Shown here one piece after another: positions 19,472 through 28,823 of a DNA stretch of 64,000 nucleotides. The first letter of the stretch is position 1. Each line of letters opens with the position of its first letter. Below the pieces are notes generated by a model, which worked only from the letters and a program-made list of their open reading frames with translations, was not told the DNA's origin and did no database searches. The stretch lies in assembly GCA_963706445.1 (NCBI GenBank), contig OY970160.1, forward strand, positions 1,088,001 through 1,152,000, given 5' to 3'. A program made the position numbers and the translations under genes. The stretch is from an uncultured Nitrososphaerales archaeon (GTDB lineage Archaea > Thermoproteota > Nitrososphaeria > Nitrososphaerales > Gagatemarchaeaceae).

Positions 19472-21505
19472 ATGGAGCCATCGGAAGCCAAACAGTCCCA
19501 GATAGACGTCCACTGGAAGGAGGAGGCCCTCGTTGAGCCTCCGACGAAGTTCGTCAGGCAGGCAAACGCGCCAGACAAGAGCATCTACGACAGATTCTCT
19601 GAACGGAACTTCCCTGGCTGTTTCGACGAGTACGCGGAAATGCTGTCATGGGACACGAAGTGGCACACGACCCTTGACACGAGCAAGCCCCCCTTTTGGA
19701 AGTGGTTCGTCGGAGGGAAGCTGAACGTTTCGTACAACTGCGTCGACAGGCACATTGACAAGAACGGGGACAAGGCGGCCATCATATTCGTCCCTGAGCC
19801 CGAGACAGAGGCGCACCAGAAGATAACCTACAGGGAGCTCTATGAGAAGGTGAACGAGTTCGCGCTTGTCCTGAAGGAGTTCGCGGGACTGAAAGCAGGG
19901 GACAGAGTGACGTTCCACCTCCCCATGATCGCTGAGCTCCCCATCTCCATGCTCGCATGCGCTAGGCTGGGCATCATCCACAACGAGGTCTTCGGCGGGT
20001 TCAGCGCCAAGGCGTGTGCTGATAGAGTCATCGACTCGAAAAGCAACATTCTGGTGACATGCGACGGCTACTACCGCAACGGCCAGTTGATCGACAAGAA
20101 GAAGGACGCCGACGGGGCAGTCGAAGAGGCCGCAAAGATGGGAGTCAAGATAGACAAGGTGCTCGTCTGGAGAAGATATCCGGGCAAGTACGTCTCCGCC
20201 ACTCCGATGGTGGAGGGCCGGGACTACTTCGTGGACGACCTGATGCAGAAGTACGCCGGGAAGTCCGTCGCTCCGGTTTCGATGGACGCCGAGGATCCGC
20301 TGTTCCTCATGTACACCAGCGGATCGACGGGCAAGCCGAAGGGGGTGCAGCACAGGACCGCAGGATACCTTGCCTACGTCACGGGGACAGCAAAGTACGT
20401 CCTCGACATACACCCCGATGACATCTACTGGTGCCTCGCTGACATCGGTTGGATCACAGGCCACTCGTACATCGTCTACGGCCCACTTTCGCTTGGGACG
20501 ACCACCGTGATATACGAAGGGGTCCCCACGTATCCCGACTCGGCCAGGTGCTGGAGGATCGCCGAGAAGCTGGGGGTCAACATATTCCACACCGCCCCGA
20601 CCACGATCAGGATGCTGAGAAAGGCGGCGCCAGACGCCCCGGCCAAGTACAACTATCACTTCAAGAGCATGACGACCGTCGGGGAGCCCATAGAGCCCGA
20701 GTCTTGGAAGTGGTACTACGAGGCCGTAGGAAAAGGGGAGGCGGTAATCACCGACACCTGGTGGCAGACAGAGACCGGGGGGTTCCTCTGCAGCACTGTG
20801 CCTGGGGCTATCCCCATGAAGCCCGGGAGCGCGGGTCCTGGGGTCCCTGGGATCTACCCGGTGGTCTATGACGACGACGGGAAGGAAGTGAAGGGCGGGG
20901 AAGGTGCGGCGGGGAACATATGCATCAGAAACCCCTGGCCTGGGATAATGCAGACAATCTGGGGGGACCCGGAGAGGTTCGTCAAAAGCTACTACGACAA
21001 GTACTGCAAGGACAAGAGCAGCACCGATTGGAGGGACTGGCCATACCTTTCGGGGGACGGGGCCGTCGAGAGCACCGACGGCTACTTCAGGATCCTCGGG
21101 AGGATAGATGACGTCATCAAGGTCGCAGGGCATAGGCTTGGGACCAAGGAGCTGGAAAACGCGGCTCTGACGACCCCTGAGGTTGGGGAGGCTGCGGCTG
21201 TGGCCGTGGTGGACGAGCTGAGAGGGCACATGCCCCTCATCTTCGTCTCGCTGAAGCCAGGGTTCGAGGCGACCAAGGAGCTCGCAGATAGGGTCAGGAA
21301 CAACGTGGCCAAGGAACTGGGACCCATTGCCAGACCGAAGGCGGTCTACATCGTGTCCGACCTTCCGAAGACGAGGTCAGGCAAGATAATGCGAAGGATA
21401 CTCGTCTCCATTTCCGAAGGGAAGGACTACGGGGACGCTTCGACGCTGGCCAACCCTGAGGTCGTCGAGAAGATCAAGCAGCAGGTCCAGGGACCTGCGA
21501 ACTGA
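19472..21505 (+). CDS. acs: acetyl-CoA synthetase (AMP-forming)
   Basis: YTSGSTGKPKG, DTWWQTETG, PKTRSGKIMRR. Confidence 0.95.
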   Translation: MEPSEAKQSQIDVHWKEEALVEPPTKFVRQANAPDKSIYDRFSERNFPGCFDEYAEMLSWDTKWHTTLDTSKPPFWKWFVGGKLNVSYNCVDRHIDKNGDKAAIIFVPEPETEAHQKITYRELYEKVNEFALVLKEFAGLKAGDRVTFHLPMIAELPISMLACARLGIIHNEVFGGFSAKACADRVIDSKSNILVTCDGYYRNGQLIDKKKDADGAVEEAAKMGVKIDKVLVWRRYPGKYVSATPMVEGRDYFVDDLMQKYAGKSVAPVSMDAEDPLFLMYTSGSTGKPKGVQHRTAGYLAYVTGTAKYVLDIHPDDIYWCLADIGWITGHSYIVYGPLSLGTTTVIYEGVPTYPDSARCWRIAEKLGVNIFHTAPTTIRMLRKAAPDAPAKYNYHFKSMTTVGEPIEPESWKWYYEAVGKGEAVITDTWWQTETGGFLCSTVPGAIPMKPGSAGPGVPGIYPVVYDDDGKEVKGGEGAAGNICIRNPWPGIMQTIWGDPERFVKSYYDKYCKDKSSTDWRDWPYLSGDGAVESTDGYFRILGRIDDVIKVAGHRLGTKELENAALTTPEVGEAAAVAVVDELRGHMPLIFVSLKPGFEATKELADRVRNNVAKELGPIARPKAVYIVSDLPKTRSGKIMRRILVSISEGKDYGDASTLANPEVVEKIKQQVQGPAN

Positions 21506-21521
21506 GGATATCGGACTCTCT

Positions 21522-22103
21522 CTACGTCCGGGGGAAGACGGGGAGGACTATCCTGCCGTACATTTCATTCAGAAGGGTCGCGATGGAGGTATACATGGCA
21601 CTAAGGCCGCAGACGACCCCTTCGTATCCCGCGAACTGCAGGACGTTCGAATTGCTCCAGGCGTTCCCCGCGGCGAGCAGGAAGAACAGGATGAACAGTG
21701 AGCCGAAAACGAACATCAGTGCTCCGCTGAGCTTCAGGGTGCCGAAGAACATCAGGAGCGTGAAGAGCCCCCAGATGAAAAGGTAGGCCGCGATGGAAGC
21801 GGGTGTGAACGTGGCGAGCCCCATCCCTGCGAAGAGGACTATGAAGGCGAAAGACTCCCAGAATAGCCCGTAAGAGAGGAACGCCATCATCCCGAAGGTG
21901 TTCCCTTTCCTGAACTCGAGGACCCCCGCTAGGATCTGAGCGAGGCCCCCGTAGAAAAGCCCCATCGTTATGATCGGTGAGCCGAGAGGGTAGAGGTTGG
22001 CATTGGCGAGGTTCAGCAGGACGGTGGTGGTGCCGAACGCCATCAGGCCGAGTGAGGCGGGGTTCGCGAGCAGGACGTCGGTCCTCGCGGGACTTGAAGC
22101 CAT
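21522..22103 (-). CDS. satP: acetate uptake transporter (SatP/GPR1/FUN34/YaaH)
   Basis: LANPASLGLMAFG, YGGLAQ, GNTFG, YG.FW. Confidence 0.9.
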   Translation of the reverse strand: MASSPARTDVLLANPASLGLMAFGTTTVLLNLANANLYPLGSPIITMGLFYGGLAQILAGVLEFRKGNTFGMMAFLSYGLFWESFAFIVLFAGMGLATFTPASIAAYLFIWGLFTLLMFFGTLKLSGALMFVFGSLFILFFLLAAGNAWSNSNVLQFAGYEGVVCGLSAMYTSIATLLNEMYGRIVLPVFPRT

Positions 22104-22232
22104 CAGCGAGAAATGGCCATGCGGCCATATTAAGGCGAGTCCCGAATGGGTTCGGACGCTGTCCCTAGGGAGCACTTAAGAGACGAACAGGCTGCACGCG
22201 CCTCACAGTTGCGATTCAAGAAAAGGGGCGCC

Positions 22233-23186
22233 ATGAGCTCGGCCGGCACCGTCGTATTCCTCCTGCTCCTGGCGCTCGTGGCAGTCTCCATCGAGTACAT
22301 CTCGTCGACCCAATCGACGTCCGACCAGCTTAGCACCCAGAACCAGCAGATCTCCTCCCTGCAGACTGAACTGCAGAGGCTGACGTCGGAGTTCCCGTTC
22401 GGCCAGGGGGTTGTGGGAGCCAACTTCACTCTTCCAGTGATGAACCAGGCACCCACCATCAGGACCGTCCGGGAGACCTGGTACCTTTCGCCTTCGGCCC
22501 ACCAGGACAGGTTCGACCCGGCATACATCATAGCAAACCAGGGGGACACGATCAGGTTGACGCTGATTGACAACGATACAGTCGCCCACGACTTCGTCAT
22601 CGGACCTCCATACAACATTATCGTGAACGCGACGGTCCCGGGCCTTGTCAACGACCTGACTGGTCAGGAGTTCACCACCCCGTCCCGCAGCAACTCACCC
22701 GGCGTCACGGTCACGGGCACCCCCGGAAACGTTACGGCGTCCTACACTTTCACAGCAGCCTATTCGGGGATCTACGAATTCGTATGCACTTACCATGCCC
22801 AGGTGGGCATGATAGGATACCTTGTGGTCCTGCCGAACGCCGCTTACAGTCAGGTTACTTCTAGCACTACAGCCACAGCGTCGGCTACTGGCGCCGTGTC
22901 GGTGAGCATCGCGTCGGGACAGACGTCCTATCCAAACAAGGGCTTCGCACCTGACAATGTAACGGTCGTGATGGGCATCAACAACACGGTCACCTGGACA
23001 AACAACGACGCGAACATCCACACCGTGACGTCGACTACAATACCTACTGGTGTGGCGCCCTTCACATCAGGCTACCTAAATCAAGGCCAGTCGTTCACAT
23101 ACACATTTACGAAACCCGGCGTATACGAGTATCACTGCACCATCCATCCGTGGATGGTCGGATTCGTCATTGTGAAAGCGGGCTAG
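22233..23186 (+). CDS. membrane-anchored two-domain cupredoxin
   Basis: N-terminal TM; two type-1 Cu ligand sets (AHDF...CTYHAQVGM; IHTV...CTIHPWM). Confidence 0.85.
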   Translation: MSSAGTVVFLLLLALVAVSIEYISSTQSTSDQLSTQNQQISSLQTELQRLTSEFPFGQGVVGANFTLPVMNQAPTIRTVRETWYLSPSAHQDRFDPAYIIANQGDTIRLTLIDNDTVAHDFVIGPPYNIIVNATVPGLVNDLTGQEFTTPSRSNSPGVTVTGTPGNVTASYTFTAAYSGIYEFVCTYHAQVGMIGYLVVLPNAAYSQVTSSTTATASATGAVSVSIASGQTSYPNKGFAPDNVTVVMGINNTVTWTNNDANIHTVTSTTIPTGVAPFTSGYLNQGQSFTYTFTKPGVYEYHCTIHPWMVGFVIVKAG

Positions 23187-23506
23187 CGAAGGGCTTCGGC
23201 CTGGATAAGCTCTAAGAGCTTCTGGAAATACAGCCGCGTAGCCATTGGCATCTCGTCAAGGTTCCTGTCGATGGCCTCGACGACGTACTTGATTGCCCGC
23301 CTGGACGTCTTGAACTCGAACTTCATCGGGAGGATTGGGTCCTGGATGACGTCGATGGAATCGGTAAGGTGTCTCGGGGCCTCGGCTTTCGCGTCGTTTG
23401 CTACCTTCTGATACCAGCCCCAGAGGACCTCAGGGTCAAGCCCAAGCTTGAGGTCCTCTATCTCTTGCAGGAGCTTGTTGAGGAACAGCATCTCTTCGTT
23501 TGCCAA
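23183..23506 (-). CDS. hypothetical protein
   Basis: 107-aa ORF with a TATA-like box upstream. Confidence 0.65.
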   Translation of the reverse strand: MANEEMLFLNKLLQEIEDLKLGLDPEVLWGWYQKVANDAKAEAPRHLTDSIDVIQDPILPMKFEFKTSRRAIKYVVEAIDRNLDEMPMATRLYFQKLLELIQAEALR

Positions 23507-23600
23507 TGGAGCCGCAAGGATGTAACTCGGGTGGCGGGTTTAAGGGAAAGAGTGTGAAAAGATATTGAGTCCCAAATCGGAAACAGGTTCGAGGACGGTC

Positions 23601-24041
23601 CTAACTACAGCGCATCTGGAAGATCTCGGTCTTCTCGTACTCGGCTTCCCACACGTGTGTGCTGTTCCTTCCTCGGCGGACCGCAAGTAGCGTGTAGCCT
23701 TCGGGAGCTTCGGTGTAGGCCCGCCCGAGAATGGACATGGCCGGCTCGTCGTATTCGTCGAAGCTCTGGACGATGTGCTGCCGGAACTTCTCTACCTCCT
23801 TCATGTAGTCGTTCAGGCAGAGCGTCTTTCCCTGGAGCCGCGAGGATGTCAGGAGCTTCACCTCGTTCCCGCAGACTTCGCACTTGACCCTTGTCATCCC
23901 GTCGCTGAGGCAGACCCTGCCTACTCCGATGACCATCAGGAAGGTGCCCGGCTGAGTCTCCATGGCCCCGCAGATGGCGCACTTCGCAAGGCCCTTGGAT
24001 GAAGCGTGCTGCAATTCGGGCACGAAGGACGCGTCAACCAA
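23601..24041 (-). CDS. hypothetical double Zn-finger-like protein (start probably about 24014-24023)
   Basis: Two CxxC...CxxD units. Confidence 0.65.
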   Translation of the reverse strand: MVDASFVPELQHASSKGLAKCAICGAMETQPGTFLMVIGVGRVCLSDGMTRVKCEVCGNEVKLLTSSRLQGKTLCLNDYMKEVEKFRQHIVQSFDEYDEPAMSILGRAYTEAPEGYTLLAVRRGRNSTHVWEAEYEKTEIFQMRCS

Positions 24042-24071
24042 TTTAAGGTTGCCTCGGCGGCGATGAGATTC

Positions 24072-25157
24072 ATGAGGCTAGAGTCGGTTGAGGCGTTCTC
24101 GATCAGCCTCAAGATGGGCGAGACCCTCAAGGGAGGTACCTTCGCCTATACGCACTACCAGACCGTACTTGTAAGGGCCGTTGTCGACGGGGTAGAAGGG
24201 TGGGGGGAGGCCATGACGAGATTCGACCCCGACGCCACCGCATTGTTAGTCAGATTCCTCGGGAAATCCCTGGTCGGCCAGGAGTTCGAGACTGTGAAGG
24301 GGGCCTGGGATAGGGCCTGGAGGGAGCTCAGGGTCCGGGGCCACACGCGGGGCACAGACGTCGAAGCGCTCAGCGGGATCGAGATAGCTCTGTATGACTG
24401 CCTAGGGCGCATCGAAAGGAAGCCGCTCGGCAAGTTGTTTTCTCGTTCGCCTTCGGCCGACGTGCCAGTCTTCGCCGGCTCGCTGTTCGCTTCAAGGAGG
24501 CCGTTGGATGATCAAGTGGAGAAGGCGAAGAGCGAGGGGCTAGCAGGGGCGAAGGTGAAGATCGGTTTCGGAGTTGAAGAAGACAGAAGGATCCTGACTT
24601 CGGTCCGGAAGCTGTGGCCTGAGGGGATGCTTGTGGCAGATGCGAACGGGGCATACGAATCGTCGGCTGCTTCCAAGGCGTGCAAGGCGTTCGAGGACCT
24701 GGACCTGGCATGGTTCGAGGAGCCTGTCCTTTCAGATGATTTCTCTGGTTACGCAGAACTGAGAAAGTCGAAGGTGAGGATAGGCGCCGGTGAGAGCTGG
24801 TTCGTCGGAGACTTCGATGGCGCCATAGCAAAGAAGCTGATAGGGGTCTTGGAGCCCAGCGTCAGCAGGTGCGGCGGGGTCAGCGTGCTGATGGACGTAG
24901 CCGAGAGGGCGGGGAGCAGAGGGATAGCGTTCTCTCCAATGACTGGGATGAATTCTGTGGTTTCGCTTGCTGCTTCACTTCATGCCGCATCGGCGCGGCC
25001 GTCCCTGGGAGTCGAGTTCAATCCGTTCACGAACCCGCTGCAGTCCGAGCTGGCTTCGGGGATAGGGGAGCCAAAGAAGGGGAAAATCGAAGTCCCCCGG
25101 GGGTACGGCCTGGGGATAGAGGTAGACTCAGTATACGTCAAGGCTCATTCCAGGTGA
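24072..25157 (+). CDS. mandelate racemase/muconate lactonizing enzyme family protein
   Basis: G.GE, ALSGIEIALYD, KVKIG, DAN, EEP, GES. Confidence 0.9.
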   Translation: MRLESVEAFSISLKMGETLKGGTFAYTHYQTVLVRAVVDGVEGWGEAMTRFDPDATALLVRFLGKSLVGQEFETVKGAWDRAWRELRVRGHTRGTDVEALSGIEIALYDCLGRIERKPLGKLFSRSPSADVPVFAGSLFASRRPLDDQVEKAKSEGLAGAKVKIGFGVEEDRRILTSVRKLWPEGMLVADANGAYESSAASKACKAFEDLDLAWFEEPVLSDDFSGYAELRKSKVRIGAGESWFVGDFDGAIAKKLIGVLEPSVSRCGGVSVLMDVAERAGSRGIAFSPMTGMNSVVSLAASLHAASARPSLGVEFNPFTNPLQSELASGIGEPKKGKIEVPRGYGLGIEVDSVYVKAHSR

Positions 25158-25165
25158 GCCAGAGA

Positions 25166-25945
25166 CTAAAGTAGCCCGACTATCTCGTCGACGTTCGACA
25201 GTTTAGCCAGCAGGTCGAGCTTTCCTGCGTCCTGGTCAATCCCGCTCGTGACAAGGATGGCGTCTATGCCGGCCCTGTGGGCGCCGGCTATGTCTGTGTC
25301 AGCCTGATCTCCTATCATTACCGCTTGATTCTTGTTACTGCCTGCGCGCTCGAGTGCGATTTTGAACATCAGTGGAGAAGGCTTCCCTATGACGGTCGCA
25401 CGCTTGCTGCTCCCGTACTCGATGGCCTTGACGAGGGGACCCGTCGCCATGGCAGGCCCAGTCTTGTACATGTAGAGCCGCGAAGAGTGGGTGGCGATTA
25501 TGCCCGCTCCGTTCCTCGCTAGCCTGGCTGCCCTGTCGAGCTTCTCATAGGTTATCTCCCTGTCCAGTCCGACGACGACGAAGTCCGCCTTCTCTCCAAG
25601 TACCCTCCGGTGCCCGAATCTCTTCATTTCTGCCTGTAGGCCCTCTTCCCCCACGAGGAAGTAGTCGACCTTGCCGTGTTTCTCCCTAAGATACTCCGCT
25701 GTGAGAAGACCGCTGGTCAGGACCTCTTCTCTTCTGACAGGTATCCCGAACTCCTCGAGGCGGGAGAAGATGGTCTCCGAGGAATCGGTGGAGTTGTTTG
25801 TCAGGATGAAGAGCTTCCTCCCCGAGGCTCTTACGGCCTCGATGGCCTTGGTGCCGCCGATCTTGACCCTGGTTTCCTTTCCCTTGTAGAAGACACCGTC
25901 GAGGTCGAACAGGAAGAGCTTCTTGTCCTTCAGGAGCCTCTTCAT
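25166..25945 (-). CDS. HAD-IIA hydrolase (NagD-like)
   Basis: FDLDGV, LTNN, GKPS, IGDQ..TDI. Confidence 0.9.
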   Translation of the reverse strand: MKRLLKDKKLFLFDLDGVFYKGKETRVKIGGTKAIEAVRASGRKLFILTNNSTDSSETIFSRLEEFGIPVRREEVLTSGLLTAEYLREKHGKVDYFLVGEEGLQAEMKRFGHRRVLGEKADFVVVGLDREITYEKLDRAARLARNGAGIIATHSSRLYMYKTGPAMATGPLVKAIEYGSSKRATVIGKPSPLMFKIALERAGSNKNQAVMIGDQADTDIAGAHRAGIDAILVTSGIDQDAGKLDLLAKLSNVDEIVGLL

Positions 25946-26364
25946 TACTTCCCCCTCACCTCGCCTTTCGTCGCGTCGAGGACGACATCTTCGCCGTTCA
26001 CGATGCCGGAGTAGACGGTCCTGGGGATGCCGGATACGACTGGGATGCTCTTCTTGTATATCAGTTGGGCCATGGTCGACCCTATCACCGCGGAAAGGTC
26101 GACCCCCTCGGTCACGATGCCGGCGGGGTGGTTCCCGAGCCGGACTGTTTCGAGGAACCAGGAAGACGCGGTGGTCGACCCTTTTCCGAAGGGATAGAAC
26201 AGGATCCTACCTTTGACGTTCATCCCCCTTATGTCGCTGCGGACGTCTGTGACACTCCCCGTCTGGGGATCGACCCCGTGGGCGAAGGTGAACGCCTTCT
26301 TCGAGACCAGTGCCCTCCCTTCGGCAGACCCCTTCACGAGGCCCCTGCCCCTCATTGGTCCCAT
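25945..26364 (-). CDS. aconitase X small (swivel, DUF126) subunit
   Basis: G.AEG.ALVS, GVDP.TG, GKGST. Confidence 0.9.
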   Translation of the reverse strand: MGPMRGRGLVKGSAEGRALVSKKAFTFAHGVDPQTGSVTDVRSDIRGMNVKGRILFYPFGKGSTTASSWFLETVRLGNHPAGIVTEGVDLSAVIGSTMAQLIYKKSIPVVSGIPRTVYSGIVNGEDVVLDATKGEVRGK

Positions 26365-26366
26365 CT

Positions 26367-27575
26367 TCAGCGGGTGACCTCCGCCATGATGTCTTTTTGG
26401 GATGAATAGCGCATCTTGATCTCTCCTTCTGAGGAAACGATCTCGGCAAGCTTAGCCGAATTGGTCATGACGGTCTTGAACCCGAGCTTTCTGAGCGGGG
26501 ATATCTCGGCGTCGGTGCTGTGGGTTATCCTTGCTCCCGACCTCTCGATGGTCGAGGCGATCCCCGTCCTTTGTGCCATGTCATAGGCCTGGGATGAGGT
26601 GTAGGCGTACATCTTCACTCCGGCCTTCAGCTTCCTCCCCTCGAGCATCTTCGCCAGCTCCCCGAGTTCCCCGGCTGATAGGTGTGGGACCCCGAAAGCG
26701 ACGAGGTCGGGGGGCTCTGAGGTCTGGTTGAGGTCTGACTTGATGTCGTCCAGGCCAGACCTTGTCACCTCGATTTCTTCGAGTTCCTCGCCCGCGGCGG
26801 CGTCCGAGGCGGTCGAAGTCCCCGGAGTGATGCCGGGGAGATGAATCATGGTCACGGGGCCAGCAGCGGCGGCTCCGGCGCCAAGGTGCTTGATCTGGTC
26901 GGAGGAGATTGACCCCGGTAGGCCAAGGAGGACTGGGACCCGGGCTCCGGCATTCCTTCCGATGAAAAAGCCTATCGACCTGTAGTCAAGGTCGTCCAGA
27001 TCTCTGATCCCAAGTTTGAAGGAGACTTTGGCTACCCTGTTCTCGTTTTCCAGCATGCCGAACTTGGGGGTCAGGCCGAGGACGGCGCAGGCCAAGTCCA
27101 TGCCTGCAGTGATCTTGTTGGACCTACACCCCAGGACTGAGTTGGCGAAGACCACGGCGCTGGACTCGGCCCAGGCCACGGTCTCCCCCTGCTTTGGGAA
27201 GTTGCACACCTGATACTGGACGCAGGTCCAGCACTTCATCCCCCCCATTTTGGCGTAGGCATCGCAGAGCCTGAACTGCTGGTGGGCGTACTCCTCGGGG
27301 ATGCCGAAGCTCTTCCAGTTCTGAAGGTCGATGCTCGCGGGGTCTACAGAGGTGGGGACGGCGAACTTCCCCCCGGAGTCGGCGAACCGTTCTAAGACCT
27401 CCACCCCGGCGTCGTGTAGGCTGCTGTAATGCGCTAGGACGTGGGCCGATTTGATCGGGACGAGGCTGTCCGCTCCGACCGCGTCGCCAACCTTGGTGAC
27501 TATCTCCATGGCAAACTGCTTAGCTTCTCCGCCTTCACCGTGCAGCAGCTTCTCCTGAGAGGAGTCGAGGTGCAA
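26367..27575 (-). CDS. aconitase X large (DUF521) subunit, atypical
   Basis: L.GE.G.A...AM, LVPIKSAH, AWAESSAVVFANSVLG.R.N, TNSAK. Confidence 0.9.
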   Translation of the reverse strand: MHLDSSQEKLLHGEGGEAKQFAMEIVTKVGDAVGADSLVPIKSAHVLAHYSSLHDAGVEVLERFADSGGKFAVPTSVDPASIDLQNWKSFGIPEEYAHQQFRLCDAYAKMGGMKCWTCVQYQVCNFPKQGETVAWAESSAVVFANSVLGCRSNKITAGMDLACAVLGLTPKFGMLENENRVAKVSFKLGIRDLDDLDYRSIGFFIGRNAGARVPVLLGLPGSISSDQIKHLGAGAAAAGPVTMIHLPGITPGTSTASDAAAGEELEEIEVTRSGLDDIKSDLNQTSEPPDLVAFGVPHLSAGELGELAKMLEGRKLKAGVKMYAYTSSQAYDMAQRTGIASTIERSGARITHSTDAEISPLRKLGFKTVMTNSAKLAEIVSSEGEIKMRYSSQKDIMAEVTR

Positions 27576-27629
27576 CTATCCGCTTCGCCCCGGGAATTGG
27601 TTAAAAAGCCATTTCACAATCAACGCCCG

Positions 27630-28778
27630 TTGAAGTTCTCCTATTTTCTTCCGACCAGACTTTCCTTCGGGTTCGGGGCCATCGAAGGGCTGGGCGCCGA
27701 GGCAAAGGGGCTCGGAGGGACAAAGGTTCTCATTGTGACCGACAAGGTCATGATGAAGACAGGGATCGTGCAGAAGGTCACCAATCGGATGGGTGGATTG
27801 ACGTTGGACGTGTTCGATGAAGTCGAGGCCGAGCCTAGGATCGAGGTTGCACAGGCCGTGGCGGACAAGGTGAGATCGGCCGCCTACGATCTTGTCGTCG
27901 GGGTGGGAGGGGGGAGCTCCATGGACATGGCGAAGGTCGCTTCCGGATTTGCCACCAACGAAGGCCTCGCGCAGTCTTTCGTAGGGAACAACCTGTTCTC
28001 GAAGAAGCCGCTGACTTCCATCATGGTCCCCACAACGGCGGGTACAGGGGCGGAGCTCACTGTCACTTCGATGGTCACCGTGGGAGGGCACAAGCAATGG
28101 GTCAACAGTCCGCTCCTGCTCCCGTCGGTGGCGGTGGTCGACCCGGAGCTGACCATGAGCATGCCCCCTGGGGTCACGGCGGCTACTGGGATGGACGCAC
28201 TGTGCCACAACACGGAGGCATATCTGTCGGGGCTCGCCAGCCCCATAACAGACTCCGCCGCCCTAGAGGGGATTAGTATGATCGTACAGAACCTGGAAAA
28301 GGCGTACAGCTCCGGCAATGATAGGATGGCGAGGGAGGCAATGAGCCTCGGTGCACTTATGGGAGGGATAGCGCTCCAGGCAAAGATGGTCTACGGTCAC
28401 TCGATCGGCTACACGATCGCGACAAGGTTCAAGCTCCCGCACGGGGTCTCCTGCGGGCTTCCTCTCCCGTACGTCATATCGAACTACGCCGTAGCCTGCG
28501 GGCGAAAGATGAAGAAGCTCGCAGCGGCATACGGCGTTGCCAACGACGGTGAGCCTTCGGCACTTGGGATGGCGGTTGCTGGAAAGGCTAGGGCCTTGGC
28601 CGCGAGCGTCAAGATCCCGGCATCACTGAAGGAAATCGGGGTGCAAGAGGCGGACCTTGGTGCACTTGCTGAAGAGTGCATGACGATGTACCCCAGGCCC
28701 AACAGCACCCTGGTCTTCGACGGGAAGAGCATGGCAGCCCTCTACAGACGCATGTGGGAAGGAAGCCTCGAGGCCTAG
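27630..28778 (+). CDS. iron-containing alcohol dehydrogenase
   Basis: GGGSSMD.AK, PTTAGTG.E, DALCH, H.I, PHG. Confidence 0.9.
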   Translation: MKFSYFLPTRLSFGFGAIEGLGAEAKGLGGTKVLIVTDKVMMKTGIVQKVTNRMGGLTLDVFDEVEAEPRIEVAQAVADKVRSAAYDLVVGVGGGSSMDMAKVASGFATNEGLAQSFVGNNLFSKKPLTSIMVPTTAGTGAELTVTSMVTVGGHKQWVNSPLLLPSVAVVDPELTMSMPPGVTAATGMDALCHNTEAYLSGLASPITDSAALEGISMIVQNLEKAYSSGNDRMAREAMSLGALMGGIALQAKMVYGHSIGYTIATRFKLPHGVSCGLPLPYVISNYAVACGRKMKKLAAAYGVANDGEPSALGMAVAGKARALAASVKIPASLKEIGVQEADLGALAEECMTMYPRPNSTLVFDGKSMAALYRRMWEGSLEA

Positions 28779-28823
28779 CGAGAAATTTATACGGATGGGC
28801 AAAGGGTCGGACACCGATTCATC

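Noticed and set aside
19646-21229. 527-aa antisense ORF and similar long shadow ORFs (e.g. 937..1731, 3604..4437, 29106..29948, 35066..35983)
   Set aside because: They lie opposite clear genes, have no motifs, and are expected in GC-rich DNA.
23569-23584. GTCCCAaatcGGAAAC as another regulon site (likewise 31265 and 53490)
   Set aside because: Weak match and wrong spacing to the TATA box.
25945-27575. Confident call as mevalonate-pathway phosphomevalonate dehydratase
   Set aside because: Two expected Cys motifs are altered and no mevalonate genes are adjacent.
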